Shown here: piece by piece, positions 38,500-48,145 of the stretch
Layout of the letters: every line of letters starts with the position of its first letter
Position numbering within the stretch: the stretch's first letter is position 1
Source of the DNA: an uncultured Roseivirgaceae bacterium
GTDB lineage: Bacteria > Bacteroidota > Bacteroidia > Cytophagales > Cyclobacteriaceae
Direction: 5' to 3'
NCBI GenBank assembly: GCA_964403075.1
Contig: CAYOEV010000001.1
Coordinates: 298,864 to 362,863 of the forward strand
DNA: 64,000 nucleotides
Program-made: the position numbers and the translations under genes
The notes under the pieces: model-generated
What the model saw: the letters and a program-made list of their open reading frames with translations, nothing else
The model's database searches: none
Told to the model about the DNA's origin: nothing

Positions 38500-39531
38500 A
38501 TGGGACTTTTTGATTTCTTCCAAAGCGATCTTGCCATAGATTTAGGTACTGCAAATACACTGATAATCAGTAAGGATAAGGTGGTAGTAGATGAGCCTTC
38601 GATCATTGCCATTGATCGAGCCACGGACAAGGTGCTAGCTATCGGTAGAGAGGCCATGCAAATGCATGAAAAGACTCATGAAAATATCAAAACCATTCGT
38701 CCATTGAAAGATGGGGTCATAGCGGATTTCCATGCGGCCGAACACATGATCCGTGGCATGATCAAAATGATAGATGATAACAAGCGGAATTTCTTTCCGA
38801 AATCTCATCGCATGATTATTTGTATTCCTTCAGGCATTACTGAAGTGGAAAAACGCGCAGTGAGAGATTCTGCGGAACATGCCGGCGCAAAGGAGGTGTA
38901 CATGATACACGAGCCCATTGCTGCGGCCATTGGTATCGGCATTGATATTCATAAGCCGGTGGGTTCCATGGTGGTAGACATTGGAGGAGGAACCACTGAA
39001 ATTGCAGTGATAGCACTGAGTGGCATCGTGTGTGATCAATCCATAAGGGTTGCAGGGGATTCGTTCAATAAAGACATTTTGGATTATATGCGTCGACAGC
39101 ATAATTTGTTGATTGGGGAACGCACAGCTGAGAGAGTGAAAATTGAGGTCGGTTCTGCGCTCACGGAATTGGAGGGAGAAGGACCAGTTGATTATGAAAT
39201 CCGGGGCAGAGATTTGATGACGGGCATTCCAAAGGTGATCAAACTTTCTTATTCGGAAATTGCTTTTGCACTTGATAAGTCTGTTTCGAAAATAGAAGAG
39301 GCCGTGTTAAAGGCGTTGGAAATTTCTCCGCCGGAATTATCTGCTGATATTTATGACAATGGCATTTACCTGACTGGGGGTGGGGCACTTCTCAGGGGTT
39401 TAGATCAGCGTTTATCGATGAAGACCAAGCTGCCTATACATGTGGCTGACGAAGCACTTAAGGCTGTCGTTAAGGGTACAGGATTTGCACTTAAAAACCT
39501 CGATCAATATAAGGGAGTATTGATGACCTGA
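38500..39531 (+). CDS. mreB: rod shape-determining protein MreB
   Basis: DLAIDLGTANTLI, VVDIGGGTTEIAV and GIYLTGGGALLRGLD motifs. 343 aa. Confidence 0.96.
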   Translation: MGLFDFFQSDLAIDLGTANTLIISKDKVVVDEPSIIAIDRATDKVLAIGREAMQMHEKTHENIKTIRPLKDGVIADFHAAEHMIRGMIKMIDDNKRNFFPKSHRMIICIPSGITEVEKRAVRDSAEHAGAKEVYMIHEPIAAAIGIGIDIHKPVGSMVVDIGGGTTEIAVIALSGIVCDQSIRVAGDSFNKDILDYMRRQHNLLIGERTAERVKIEVGSALTELEGEGPVDYEIRGRDLMTGIPKVIKLSYSEIAFALDKSVSKIEEAVLKALEISPPELSADIYDNGIYLTGGGALLRGLDQRLSMKTKLPIHVADEALKAVVKGTGFALKNLDQYKGVLMT

Positions 39532-39537
39532 TGAGGC

Positions 39538-40347
39538 ATGTTTCGATTATTTCGATTTCTTCAAAAGATACGGTTTCTGTTGTTTTTCCTTTTTCTCGAG
39601 GCAATTTCAATTAATCTTTTCATTCGCTACAATAATCGATACGGTACCTATTACCTGGATGCCTCCAATGAGGTTTCAGGGACAGTGGCATTGGGGATAC
39701 GGCGATGGCAAAATTATTTTAAGTTGCCAGCCATCAATAGAGCCCTTGCACGCGAAAATACTGAACTAAGAAAAATGTTGGGTAGAATCAACAGGCGTTC
39801 AACAGGTGGTAAAATTCAGGATACGTTGCATCAGTATTATCCGGCAGAAGTAGTGAATGCGAGCTTTAGATATAGGAAAAATTACCTGACACTTCGGGTT
39901 TCTCAGGAAGATTCCATTGTTTCCGGCATGGGGGTAATTACGTCCAGAGGTGTGGTCGGTCGCGTGAAATCAGTTTCTTCCCGTTATGCCACGGTGACTT
40001 CGGTACTACACCCTGATTTGTTGATCTCCGGAAGAATAAAAAGAACAGGGACGCTTTGCACCGTTCAATGGACAGGAGGTGACCCACGTTTTGCTTCCCT
40101 AAAATTTATTCCTCGTCACGAGTCGCTCGCGGTGGGGGATACGATTGTAACTTCCGGGTTCAATAATGTATTCCCTCCTGAAGTACCAGTGGGTGTTGTC
40201 GCAACCAAAGCGATACTAGATGAAGATGCTTTTTTCGATGCCAGCGTAAGGTTAAGTGAGGACATCAGCGGGCTGTATCATGTGCACTTAGTGGCTTTCG
40301 GCGACAGGACGGAGAAGGACAGTTTGGAATCAACATTCAGGCCATGA
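39538..40347 (+). CDS. mreC: rod shape-determining protein MreC
   Basis: N-terminal TM helix, coiled-coil region (ENTELRKML), then beta-domains (GVVGRVKSVS..., TSGFNNVFPPEVPVG). Position after mreB. Confidence 0.85.
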   Translation: MFRLFRFLQKIRFLLFFLFLEAISINLFIRYNNRYGTYYLDASNEVSGTVALGIRRWQNYFKLPAINRALARENTELRKMLGRINRRSTGGKIQDTLHQYYPAEVVNASFRYRKNYLTLRVSQEDSIVSGMGVITSRGVVGRVKSVSSRYATVTSVLHPDLLISGRIKRTGTLCTVQWTGGDPRFASLKFIPRHESLAVGDTIVTSGFNNVFPPEVPVGVVATKAILDEDAFFDASVRLSEDISGLYHVHLVAFGDRTEKDSLESTFRP

Positions 40348-40859
40348 AATCAAAGCCGGTCAGACGTCAGATTGTTTATTTTGTGATTTTTGTTTTAGGG
40401 CAACTTCCGCTTTTGTATGACTGGGTGCTGTTCAACTACGCATTTGTGTTCATTTACATCGCGTTCCTTTTGTTCTTACCGCTGAATTTGTCACGATTCT
40501 GGCAACTGGCAATCGCCTTTGGTGTAGGACTTTTCATAGACATCTTTTCGAATACGCCAGGACTCCATGCCATGGTATCTCTGTTAACCATATTTATACG
40601 TCCCTATTGGTTGAACATAGTTGTGGATAACGTAGAGGAATTGGAAGAAGTGAACTTGGAAGAAGTGAATCTATTGACTTTTTTGGGATACGTATTCCCG
40701 CTTCTCTTTTTTCATCTGTCATTATTATTTATCATTGAAAATGAGGGGGTCAAGTGGTTTAAAGACCTATCATCTAAAATCTTTGCAAGCACCCTTTTTA
40801 GTTTGTTTGTCATTTGGCTGTTATCGGCATTTCTGAAACCAGAAAAGCGTAGAACATGA
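40344..40859 (+). CDS. mreD: rod shape-determining protein MreD
   Basis: 171-aa polytopic membrane protein between mreC and mrdA, with 4-nt overlaps on both sides. Confidence 0.7.
   Translation: MKSKPVRRQIVYFVIFVLGQLPLLYDWVLFNYAFVFIYIAFLLFLPLNLSRFWQLAIAFGVGLFIDIFSNTPGLHAMVSLLTIFIRPYWLNIVVDNVEELEEVNLEEVNLLTFLGYVFPLLFFHLSLLFIIENEGVKWFKDLSSKIFASTLFSLFVIWLLSAFLKPEKRRT
40641..40670 (+). repeat. 15-bp direct tandem duplication inside mreD
   Basis: TTGGAAGAAGTGAAC followed by TTGGAAGAAGTGAAT (one mismatch). It is in frame and encodes LEEVN-LEEVN. Confidence 0.8.
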
Positions 40860-42631
40860 ATAGGGTATTCGGTATTCGGACAACGATCATCGGGACGGGC
40901 GTCATACTCATCATAAGGTTATTTTTTATACAAGTGGCCAATGACAAATACCTTAAAGCCGCAGAGGACAATATTGTACAGAAACAGATCAACTACCCCT
41001 ATCGTGGATTGATAAGCGATCGTAACGACAGCCTGATTGTTTTCAACGCCCCAGTGTTTGATCTTATGGCTGTACCTAGAGAAGTAAGTTACCAGGATAC
41101 TGCCGAATTGGAGAATATCCTTCATATACCGGTGGACTCATTGACCAGTTTGCTGGGTGCTGCTCCTGTGCCTCATTTTCCGGTGACAGTGTTACCAGAA
41201 CTCGACCCCGGGCAAATCGCAGAATTCCAGGAGGATCTGGTGGATTTTCCAGGCTTTCAGCTCAGGCCCAGAACTATCAGGGGTTATTCGGAGGAAGTCA
41301 TGCCACACGTGTTGGGCTACATTGGAGAAATTAGTCAGGATGAACTGCTCAAGGACAGCTCCCTGTACTACGCCGGAGGCGATCTGATCGGTATTGCGGG
41401 TGTGGAAAAAACCTACGAAAGTGCGCTGAGAGGTACGCGCGGTGTCACTTATGCCCTGGTTGATGCGCGTGGTGTCAAGCAAGGTAAGTTCAGAGAGGGT
41501 ATCTATGACACTTTGTCAGTGCCAGGAAAAAACATACAATTAACTATCGACATTTCGTTGCAGCAATATGTTGAGCGATTGATGGAAGGGAAAAAGGGCA
41601 GTGTAGTAGCGCTAGATCCAGCGACAGGTGAGGTACTGGCATTGGTATCGGTACCAAATTATCGCCCTTCAATGCTGGCTGGATCTAGTTTAGGAAAAAA
41701 CTATGCACCGCTTTCTAAACGGGAAAATGATCCATTGTTCAATCGTGCCATTCAGGCCAGTTATCCTCCAGGATCTATGTTCAAGACCATTCAGGCACTG
41801 ATCGCCATGCAGGAGGGTGTGGTAAGGCCTGATCAAAATATTTATTGTCCAGGGGGCTTAATAGGGGATCTGGCTCCTCCCGGAAAGTATGATGTCAAAC
41901 GTGCCATTACGCTCTCTTCCAATAATTATTTCTTTACTGTGTTTAGGAAAGTGGTACTTCAAGATGAGGACCCTAACATATATGAAGACAGCAGAATTGG
42001 ATTAGAGAGATGGCGCGATTACGTAACCGCATTTGGTCTTGGAAAAAAACTGGGTATCGATTTGCCAAACGAAGCAAGTGGATTTGTTCCGGATACCGAT
42101 TATTACGATAACATTTACGGAGAGAGGCGCTGGAAATTTTCAAATGTTTATTCCTTAAGTATTGGACAGGGAGAGTTGCAGGTCACACCACTACAAATGG
42201 CCAATTTAGGGGCTTTGTTGGCTAATCGCGGACACTACTTTACACCGCATATACTTAAGTCAATCGCTGACCATCCGGTAACAAGTTGGGAAAAGAAACA
42301 AATACCTATTGACTCTATTTATTTTGAACATGTCATAGGTGGCATGGAGCAGGTAGTGGCAGCCGGTTCGGGTAGGCGGGCTTTCATTCCGGATATTGCC
42401 GTATGCGGTAAAACCTCAACGGTGGAAAACGCCGGTGAAGATCACAGTGGATTTATGGGTTTTGCTCCAAAACACCAACCACGCATTGCAGTGGCTGTAT
42501 ATGTAGAGAATGCTGGCTGGGGTGGGCGGGCTGCTGCCTCTACTGCAAGTTTGATAATGGAAAAATACCTGACTGGCAAGGTTAAAAGGATATACCTGGA
42601 GGACTATGTATTAAACGGGAATTTTCTATGA
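40856..42631 (+). CDS. mrdA: penicillin-binding protein 2 (elongasome transpeptidase)
   Basis: SxxK (PGSMFKT), SxN (LSSNNYF) and KTS/G (CGKTSTV) motifs. 591 aa. Confidence 0.92.
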   Translation: MNRVFGIRTTIIGTGVILIIRLFFIQVANDKYLKAAEDNIVQKQINYPYRGLISDRNDSLIVFNAPVFDLMAVPREVSYQDTAELENILHIPVDSLTSLLGAAPVPHFPVTVLPELDPGQIAEFQEDLVDFPGFQLRPRTIRGYSEEVMPHVLGYIGEISQDELLKDSSLYYAGGDLIGIAGVEKTYESALRGTRGVTYALVDARGVKQGKFREGIYDTLSVPGKNIQLTIDISLQQYVERLMEGKKGSVVALDPATGEVLALVSVPNYRPSMLAGSSLGKNYAPLSKRENDPLFNRAIQASYPPGSMFKTIQALIAMQEGVVRPDQNIYCPGGLIGDLAPPGKYDVKRAITLSSNNYFFTVFRKVVLQDEDPNIYEDSRIGLERWRDYVTAFGLGKKLGIDLPNEASGFVPDTDYYDNIYGERRWKFSNVYSLSIGQGELQVTPLQMANLGALLANRGHYFTPHILKSIADHPVTSWEKKQIPIDSIYFEHVIGGMEQVVAAGSGRRAFIPDIAVCGKTSTVENAGEDHSGFMGFAPKHQPRIAVAVYVENAGWGGRAAASTASLIMEKYLTGKVKRIYLEDYVLNGNFL

Positions 42632-43896
42632 CAGGAATTAGGGATGAGCAGCGTTCAGATACCATTACCCTTATTTTGTTCGGGATACTTTCATTGATTG
42701 GCTGGCTCAATGTTTACGCTGCTGAATATGATCCGGTTCGTATGAATGAAGGACTGTTTTCTCTCGATAACAGTGCAGGAAAGCAGTTGTTGTGGATGGG
42801 CTCGTCCTTCGTTATAGGTATTCTCATTTATGTACTGGATTTTAAATTCTTTGAAAAGTTGGCTTTGCCGGTTTACGCGGTTTTCATTTTTCTTTTGATT
42901 GCGGTGCTCTTTTTTGGCACTGAAATTTCGGGTTCCCGTTCGTGGTTTGACATTGGAAGTTTTCGTCTTCAGCCGTCGGAGTTTGCCAAGTTTGCCACAG
43001 TGCTGGCGGTGGCCGCCTATCTAGGTGGAATAAAAGGAAAACAATTAACCAATCGGCACTTATCATTGGGCGGGTGCCTCGTAATCTTACCGATGCTCCT
43101 TACTTTGATTCAGGGTGATACAGGTACCGCCATGGTCTATCTGGGGATGATACTCGTTTTTTATAGAGAGGGTATGTCGGCATGGTTCCTGTACGCTGGT
43201 ATACTGACCATTCTATTGTTTGTACTCACCCTACTGCTCTCACAGATTTGGTTGATCATTGGTATCGTGGTTGTAGGTTTGATCTTCCTGGCATTGAATG
43301 GCCGATCCAGCCGGGGCATTGTTACCTATTTGATAGTAATTGTTCTTGCGCTGGGATGGGTAATCAGCGTGGACTTTGTGTTGAATGACATCTTAAAGCC
43401 GCATCAGCAGAAACGGATTATGTCGTTGGTCAATCCAAATGCTGATCCTTTAGGCATTGGGTGGAATGTGACTCAGTCGAAGATAGCTATTGGCTCGGGA
43501 GGATTTATGGGGAAAGGCTATCTACAGGGTACACAGACCCAATTTAATTTTGTGCCTGCGCAAACAACAGATTTTGTTTTTTGTACAGTGGGGGAAGAAC
43601 ACGGCTGGTTAGGGGCTGTTGCAGTCGTCATTCTTTTTGTCATCCTGCTCTTGCGATTGATTGGAATGGCAGAAAGGCAGAAATCAGTATTTGCGAGATG
43701 TTTTGGTTATGGTGTGGTCGCCATTATTGGTTTTCACTTTGTCATAAATATTTCTATGACCATTGGTCTTTTCCCGGTCATTGGAATTCCATTGCCCTTT
43801 ATTAGTTACGGCGGGTCGGCACTATGGTCTTTTGCCCTCATGTTATTTACTTTCGTCAAACTAGATGCGCACAGGATGGAAGTTTTGCAGCGTTGA
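42628..43896 (+). CDS. rodA: rod shape-determining protein RodA (SEDS glycosyltransferase)
   Basis: FtsW/RodA/SpoVE pattern (RLQPSEFAKF, TDFVFCTVGEEHGW, PLPFISYGGS). 422 aa. Confidence 0.92.
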   Translation: MTGIRDEQRSDTITLILFGILSLIGWLNVYAAEYDPVRMNEGLFSLDNSAGKQLLWMGSSFVIGILIYVLDFKFFEKLALPVYAVFIFLLIAVLFFGTEISGSRSWFDIGSFRLQPSEFAKFATVLAVAAYLGGIKGKQLTNRHLSLGGCLVILPMLLTLIQGDTGTAMVYLGMILVFYREGMSAWFLYAGILTILLFVLTLLLSQIWLIIGIVVVGLIFLALNGRSSRGIVTYLIVIVLALGWVISVDFVLNDILKPHQQKRIMSLVNPNADPLGIGWNVTQSKIAIGSGGFMGKGYLQGTQTQFNFVPAQTTDFVFCTVGEEHGWLGAVAVVILFVILLLRLIGMAERQKSVFARCFGYGVVAIIGFHFVINISMTIGLFPVIGIPLPFISYGGSALWSFALMLFTFVKLDAHRMEVLQR

Positions 43897-43897
43897 T

Positions 43898-45106
43898 TTA
43901 GCGGAAGCGTCGGAAGACTATTTTCAGGAGCTCTTTGACTTCATCAGAGTTCATGTCCCAGTCGTATTCTTTCGCATAGTTTTTAACCAGATGATCTACC
44001 GCAGTATCGAAGGTGGTGGATTGATTGATCTCATCAAGGGATTTCACAAACACGTCTGCGTCACCATCGTACAGTTCATTGATGAACATGTACCGCTGAT
44101 TGATGGACACAGCATTCAACACATGGCTTATCTGTCCCTGACTGTCGGCAATTGTCGGGCCGCGTTGTGATTGAAAGGTGTCGTTGAATGTGTCGTCATC
44201 TTCTTCTTCTTCCACTTCATCATCCTCATCCATATTGGTAATTACCCGAGCTGGATCAATTGTAGGTGGCGGGGGTAATTCTTCAGTTTCCTTTTTATCC
44301 GAGGCTTTGGGTAGGGTTCGCCGTGATGAGCTGGGCAGTGGGGTATCTATTGGCTCTTCTAGGTCGTCGTCGTCAACATCTTCAATCCGTCCTTCTCGTC
44401 GCCTGGAAGCCCTTGCCACCCGGGGCGCAATCAGGTCGTCTTCATCGATGGAAAATGGGGTGTCATCCTCCGAACCTTTTGATACAGAAGGGGTTTCTAT
44501 GGCTTCTTCGGCCTCCTCCAGCTGTTCCAGGCTGATTGGAACTACCTCATTTAACAACGCGAGCTCCTTTTCGATTACCTCCCTGCTGAATCCATCTTTA
44601 ACCAAAAGATCTTCCCTGTCCACACCTATATTTTTTTGTAAGTAGCTGGAGAATTCCTCCTTTTCAATCCGCAGGTATTTGGTGATGTTTTTAACACACT
44701 TTTCAGTAAGCGCATCCTCTCCGCGTCGATCCAATTCAATGTCAAGGTAGATGCCCGGATTGATAAGCAGATACAGGGTATCCCGAAGGGCATCTTCGAG
44801 GAGTACGCAAAACTCCTTTTCAGCAACCTTGATGTGCTGTGAGAGCACATTCATGAAAGCGATCATGGCTTTTTTTACCTCAGGCGTATCATAATCGAAG
44901 AAAGGACTTTCCAATCGTTGAGATTCGTTCTGCCAATTACTGAATAGTAGTTTAACGACAAAAAAATTAACTTGCCTAGAAGGAGTAGCCGCTAGAATTT
45001 CTTTTCCGGAGATGGCAGACTTTTCCTGAAAAAACTGTTTACAAATACTTTTGGAAAACTGTTCACTATAATCCTCAAGAAAATCTTCGTTGATCTTTAT
45101 TTGCAT
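43898..45106 (-). CDS. hypothetical protein with acidic low-complexity linker
   Basis: 402 aa. It has a helical N-terminal domain of about 200 aa and a D/E/P/S-rich linker of about 120 aa (DVDDDDLEEP..., DEDDEVEEEEDDD). The C-terminal domain of about 90 aa includes NQRYMFINELYDGD...VKELLKIVFRRF. No family recognised. Confidence 0.65.
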   Translation of the reverse strand: MQIKINEDFLEDYSEQFSKSICKQFFQEKSAISGKEILAATPSRQVNFFVVKLLFSNWQNESQRLESPFFDYDTPEVKKAMIAFMNVLSQHIKVAEKEFCVLLEDALRDTLYLLINPGIYLDIELDRRGEDALTEKCVKNITKYLRIEKEEFSSYLQKNIGVDREDLLVKDGFSREVIEKELALLNEVVPISLEQLEEAEEAIETPSVSKGSEDDTPFSIDEDDLIAPRVARASRRREGRIEDVDDDDLEEPIDTPLPSSSRRTLPKASDKKETEELPPPPTIDPARVITNMDEDDEVEEEEDDDTFNDTFQSQRGPTIADSQGQISHVLNAVSINQRYMFINELYDGDADVFVKSLDEINQSTTFDTAVDHLVKNYAKEYDWDMNSDEVKELLKIVFRRFR

Positions 45107-45122
45107 GTAAGATTGTTCTGAA

Positions 45123-45443
45123 ATGCCGCAATTAATAATAGAAAATCTTCACCAGTTGACAATATCTTACGAAGATAAATCAGATTTGATTCTCGACGTA
45201 TTGCTCCGACATACGGATTGGATGCACGCCTGTGGCGGTAAAGGACGTTGTACGACATGTAAAATGATTGTTTGCTCTGGGGGTGATCAGTTAAGCGAGC
45301 CATCAATATTGGAAATTCAGTTTCGTACGCAGCATCGACTGGAAAAAAACGAGCGACTGGCATGTCAGACCCGTAATAAGGGATCACTTTCTATTCGGGT
45401 AGCCAAAATTTACCAACTTCCTCATATCGATTATTCCTCATAA
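45123..45443 (+). CDS. (2Fe-2S) ferredoxin-like protein
   Basis: 106 aa with the Cys cluster ACGGKGRCTTCK plus a distal LACQ, typical of plant-type 2Fe-2S ferredoxin domains. Confidence 0.8.
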   Translation: MPQLIIENLHQLTISYEDKSDLILDVLLRHTDWMHACGGKGRCTTCKMIVCSGGDQLSEPSILEIQFRTQHRLEKNERLACQTRNKGSLSIRVAKIYQLPHIDYSS

Positions 45444-45444
45444 G

Positions 45445-46026
45445 ATGTTTGTAGAAAGGCAGTTAGGCGGCTTACAAAGTTACGGCTGGATTGAAGTAAT
45501 TTGTGGTTCCATGTTTTCAGGAAAGACTGAGGAGTTGATTCGACGGGTCAATCGGGCACTTCTTGCTACACAGGAGGTGGAATTATTTAAACCAGTGACA
45601 GACAAACGCTATTCGCTAAAAAAAGTCGTTTCTCATGATGAACGAAAAAAACCTTCAACATCCGTACAACACGCCCGCGACATTTTACTGCATACCGGCG
45701 GATGTCGGGTGATAGGTGTCGATGAGGCGCAGTTTTTTGATGAAACACTGGTTCATGTGTGCAATGAGCTGGCGAATCAGGGGAAAAGAGTCATTTTGGC
45801 AGGATTAGATATGGATTTTATGGGTCGGCCATTTAGCCCCATGGATCAGTTGATGGCCATTGCAGAATACGTAACTAAAGTACATGCTGTCTGCATGGAC
45901 TGCGGAGAAGTGGCCTCTTACACCTACAGAAGGTCAAAGTCCCAAAAGCAGGTGGTATTGGGCGAACGTGATTTTTATGAGGCTTTATGCAGAAGATGCT
46001 ATTATGAAAAAATGGATCGTCGCTAA
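45445..46026 (+). CDS. tdk: thymidine kinase
   Basis: P-loop GSMFSGKTEEL, IGVDEAQFF and Zn-ribbon cysteines (CMDCG...CRRC). Confidence 0.93.
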   Translation: MFVERQLGGLQSYGWIEVICGSMFSGKTEELIRRVNRALLATQEVELFKPVTDKRYSLKKVVSHDERKKPSTSVQHARDILLHTGGCRVIGVDEAQFFDETLVHVCNELANQGKRVILAGLDMDFMGRPFSPMDQLMAIAEYVTKVHAVCMDCGEVASYTYRRSKSQKQVVLGERDFYEALCRRCYYEKMDRR

Positions 46027-48145
46027 CCTGCTCGGTATTACGGTGCTGAATGCATCCAGTCAGCCTATTGGCCAATGGACCTCGCACTTTAGTTATGCAG
46101 AGGCCAGAGAGTTACTTGAGGTCAACGATCGGATTTATTGTGCCACAGCTTTGGGGTTGTTTAGTGTGGATACTTCAACAGGTAACCTTATCACATTGGA
46201 TAAAACCAATGGGCTTTCTGATGTAGGGGTTTCAGTCATGGCTTATACCCCCGAGGCTGAGGTCTTGCTTTTGGCATATTCGTCGGGCCTCATTGAAGGA
46301 GTGCCTGTCTCCGGCGCTACATTTGTTTTTTCAGACCTCACCTTACCGGAATTGAATGAATCGATTAATTTCTATGATCTGGACGTGCGGGGTTCCATGG
46401 CGTTTTTATCGACCAGCGTGGGTGTGGTTACACTGGATCTTGTGCAACGCGTACTTCGGGAAAACTACCGAAACATTGGTCCGGAAGGCTTAGCCGTCGA
46501 GGTTTTCTCTACGGCGGTGAGCACCACAGCAATTCATGTGCGCAGTTCCGTAGGTTTGCTATCGGCCAGCCTAGATGATAATCTGCTGGATTTCAACAAC
46601 TGGACAGTTCAGGACAGCACAACCAACTGGTCGGCACTGGGTAGTCATGAGGAGGTTTTTTATGCGGTAGCCAATGGGGATTCCCTTTTTCAGTTTGATG
46701 GAGATGATTGGACGCCCAACGCTATCAGTTATGCATCTTACGTCAATAGATTGGAAATTAACGCGAACGGACAGCTGATTGCCATTGCCGCCGATCAGGT
46801 GTTCGACGCACTTTCCGGCGAGGCAATGTTCATTTCTGAGGGTCTATCCGGGATACGGGACGCCATTTTTTTGAATGAAAGATGGTATGTAGCAGATAAT
46901 GAAAGGGGATTGGTAATGGTCAATGGGGTTACGCAGGAATCCCTTAGACCGAATGGTCCTTTGTCTAATTTCCCGAGTCTTCTTAAATATTTACCCACGG
47001 GCACCTTTAGTCTGTACGGGCATCCGGCGATGAATACCGAAGGGCCAGTGGATAGTCTGGGTTATAGTTTCTATGCAGCAGGTCGGTGGACAAATGAGAT
47101 GCTGCCGGACTTTTTTAATCTGTCGGATGTCACGTTCTTCGAGGGGAACCACTATTTCTCATCATACTTGTTTGGGGTGCGCAACGCAGAAACAGGTAGG
47201 CAATGGACATCAACCGATAGTGCTTTACCGGCGGACGTGTTGGGATGGACGGCAGTCAGCCGATTGACTGCTGACGCCTCATCAATTTGGATTGGCATGA
47301 AGAGCGGGTCTCCCAATGTGCTGAGAATGAATCAGTTGGCAGTAGAGCAGATTACTCCGATTGCTTCTGGAGCGGTGGCTGATTTTAAGCTGACCGGCAC
47401 GGGAACGTTGTGGGCGGTGATTAATGAACGGCCCTTCAGTCGGACGGAAACGGGGTCTATTGGCATTGGCCTGCCTGTATCGACTTTCCTGACGGGCTCA
47501 CTTGCCCTTACCCGTGGCGATGTATTGTGGGCGGCTAGCAACAGGGGGCCTAAGTTTTACACCAACGCCTCCTTCCCTTTGGATGATACCGATCTGCAAA
47601 CCCCGCTCATAGATGGGGGAGCTTTACTTGGGAATGAAACCATCAATGATGTGATGCTTGATGGAGGTGACCGACTCTGGGTGGCGACCGAAACAGGTGT
47701 TTGGGTTTTTGAAGACAGTTTTGGCGAACTCGTGCAGCGTTTTACGAAAGACAACAGTCCTCTTCCATCGGATTCGGTAAATGAACTAAGCTATGAGTCC
47801 GCTACCGGCACGGTATTCATGGCCACAGCGATGGGAATGGTAAGTTATCGGTCGGGCTCTTCTCAGCCGGAAAGTGCGTTGAATAAGATTCGTGTGTTTC
47901 CAAATCCTGTAAATCCGGCATTTGATGGAACTGTGGCCATTTCAGGTTTGGTGGATGATGCGGAACTGAGGTTGACAGATATTAATGGGCGGCTGGTTAA
48001 TCGGCTGAAATCGGTTGGTGGAACGGCTACCTGGAACTTATTGGACATAAACGGGCAACAAATTGCAACGGGTGTTTATCTCGTTTTTGCCACTTCGAGA
48101 GATGGAAAATCGGGTATTGTAGGCAAAATTGTCGTGGTGAGATGA
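46004..48145 (+). CDS. T9SS-sorted beta-propeller protein (two-component-regulator-propeller type; possible PorZ homologue)
   Basis: ATG at 46004 gives the signal peptide MKKWIVANLLGITVLNASSQ. The body is long and repeat-like. The C-terminal ~80 aa (VFPNPVNP...GVYLVFATSRDGKSGIVGKIVVVR) match the type-A T9SS sorting domain. The PorZ assignment is only architectural. Confidence 0.8.
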   Translation: MKKWIVANLLGITVLNASSQPIGQWTSHFSYAEARELLEVNDRIYCATALGLFSVDTSTGNLITLDKTNGLSDVGVSVMAYTPEAEVLLLAYSSGLIEGVPVSGATFVFSDLTLPELNESINFYDLDVRGSMAFLSTSVGVVTLDLVQRVLRENYRNIGPEGLAVEVFSTAVSTTAIHVRSSVGLLSASLDDNLLDFNNWTVQDSTTNWSALGSHEEVFYAVANGDSLFQFDGDDWTPNAISYASYVNRLEINANGQLIAIAADQVFDALSGEAMFISEGLSGIRDAIFLNERWYVADNERGLVMVNGVTQESLRPNGPLSNFPSLLKYLPTGTFSLYGHPAMNTEGPVDSLGYSFYAAGRWTNEMLPDFFNLSDVTFFEGNHYFSSYLFGVRNAETGRQWTSTDSALPADVLGWTAVSRLTADASSIWIGMKSGSPNVLRMNQLAVEQITPIASGAVADFKLTGTGTLWAVINERPFSRTETGSIGIGLPVSTFLTGSLALTRGDVLWAASNRGPKFYTNASFPLDDTDLQTPLIDGGALLGNETINDVMLDGGDRLWVATETGVWVFEDSFGELVQRFTKDNSPLPSDSVNELSYESATGTVFMATAMGMVSYRSGSSQPESALNKIRVFPNPVNPAFDGTVAISGLVDDAELRLTDINGRLVNRLKSVGGTATWNLLDINGQQIATGVYLVFATSRDGKSGIVGKIVVVR

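Noticed and set aside
44178-44645. 155-aa Ser-rich ORF (and nested 44266-44535) antisense to the acidic hypothetical gene
   Set aside because: Poly-Ser arises mechanically from reading GAA/GAT-rich acidic codons on the opposite strand. It is a low-complexity artefact.
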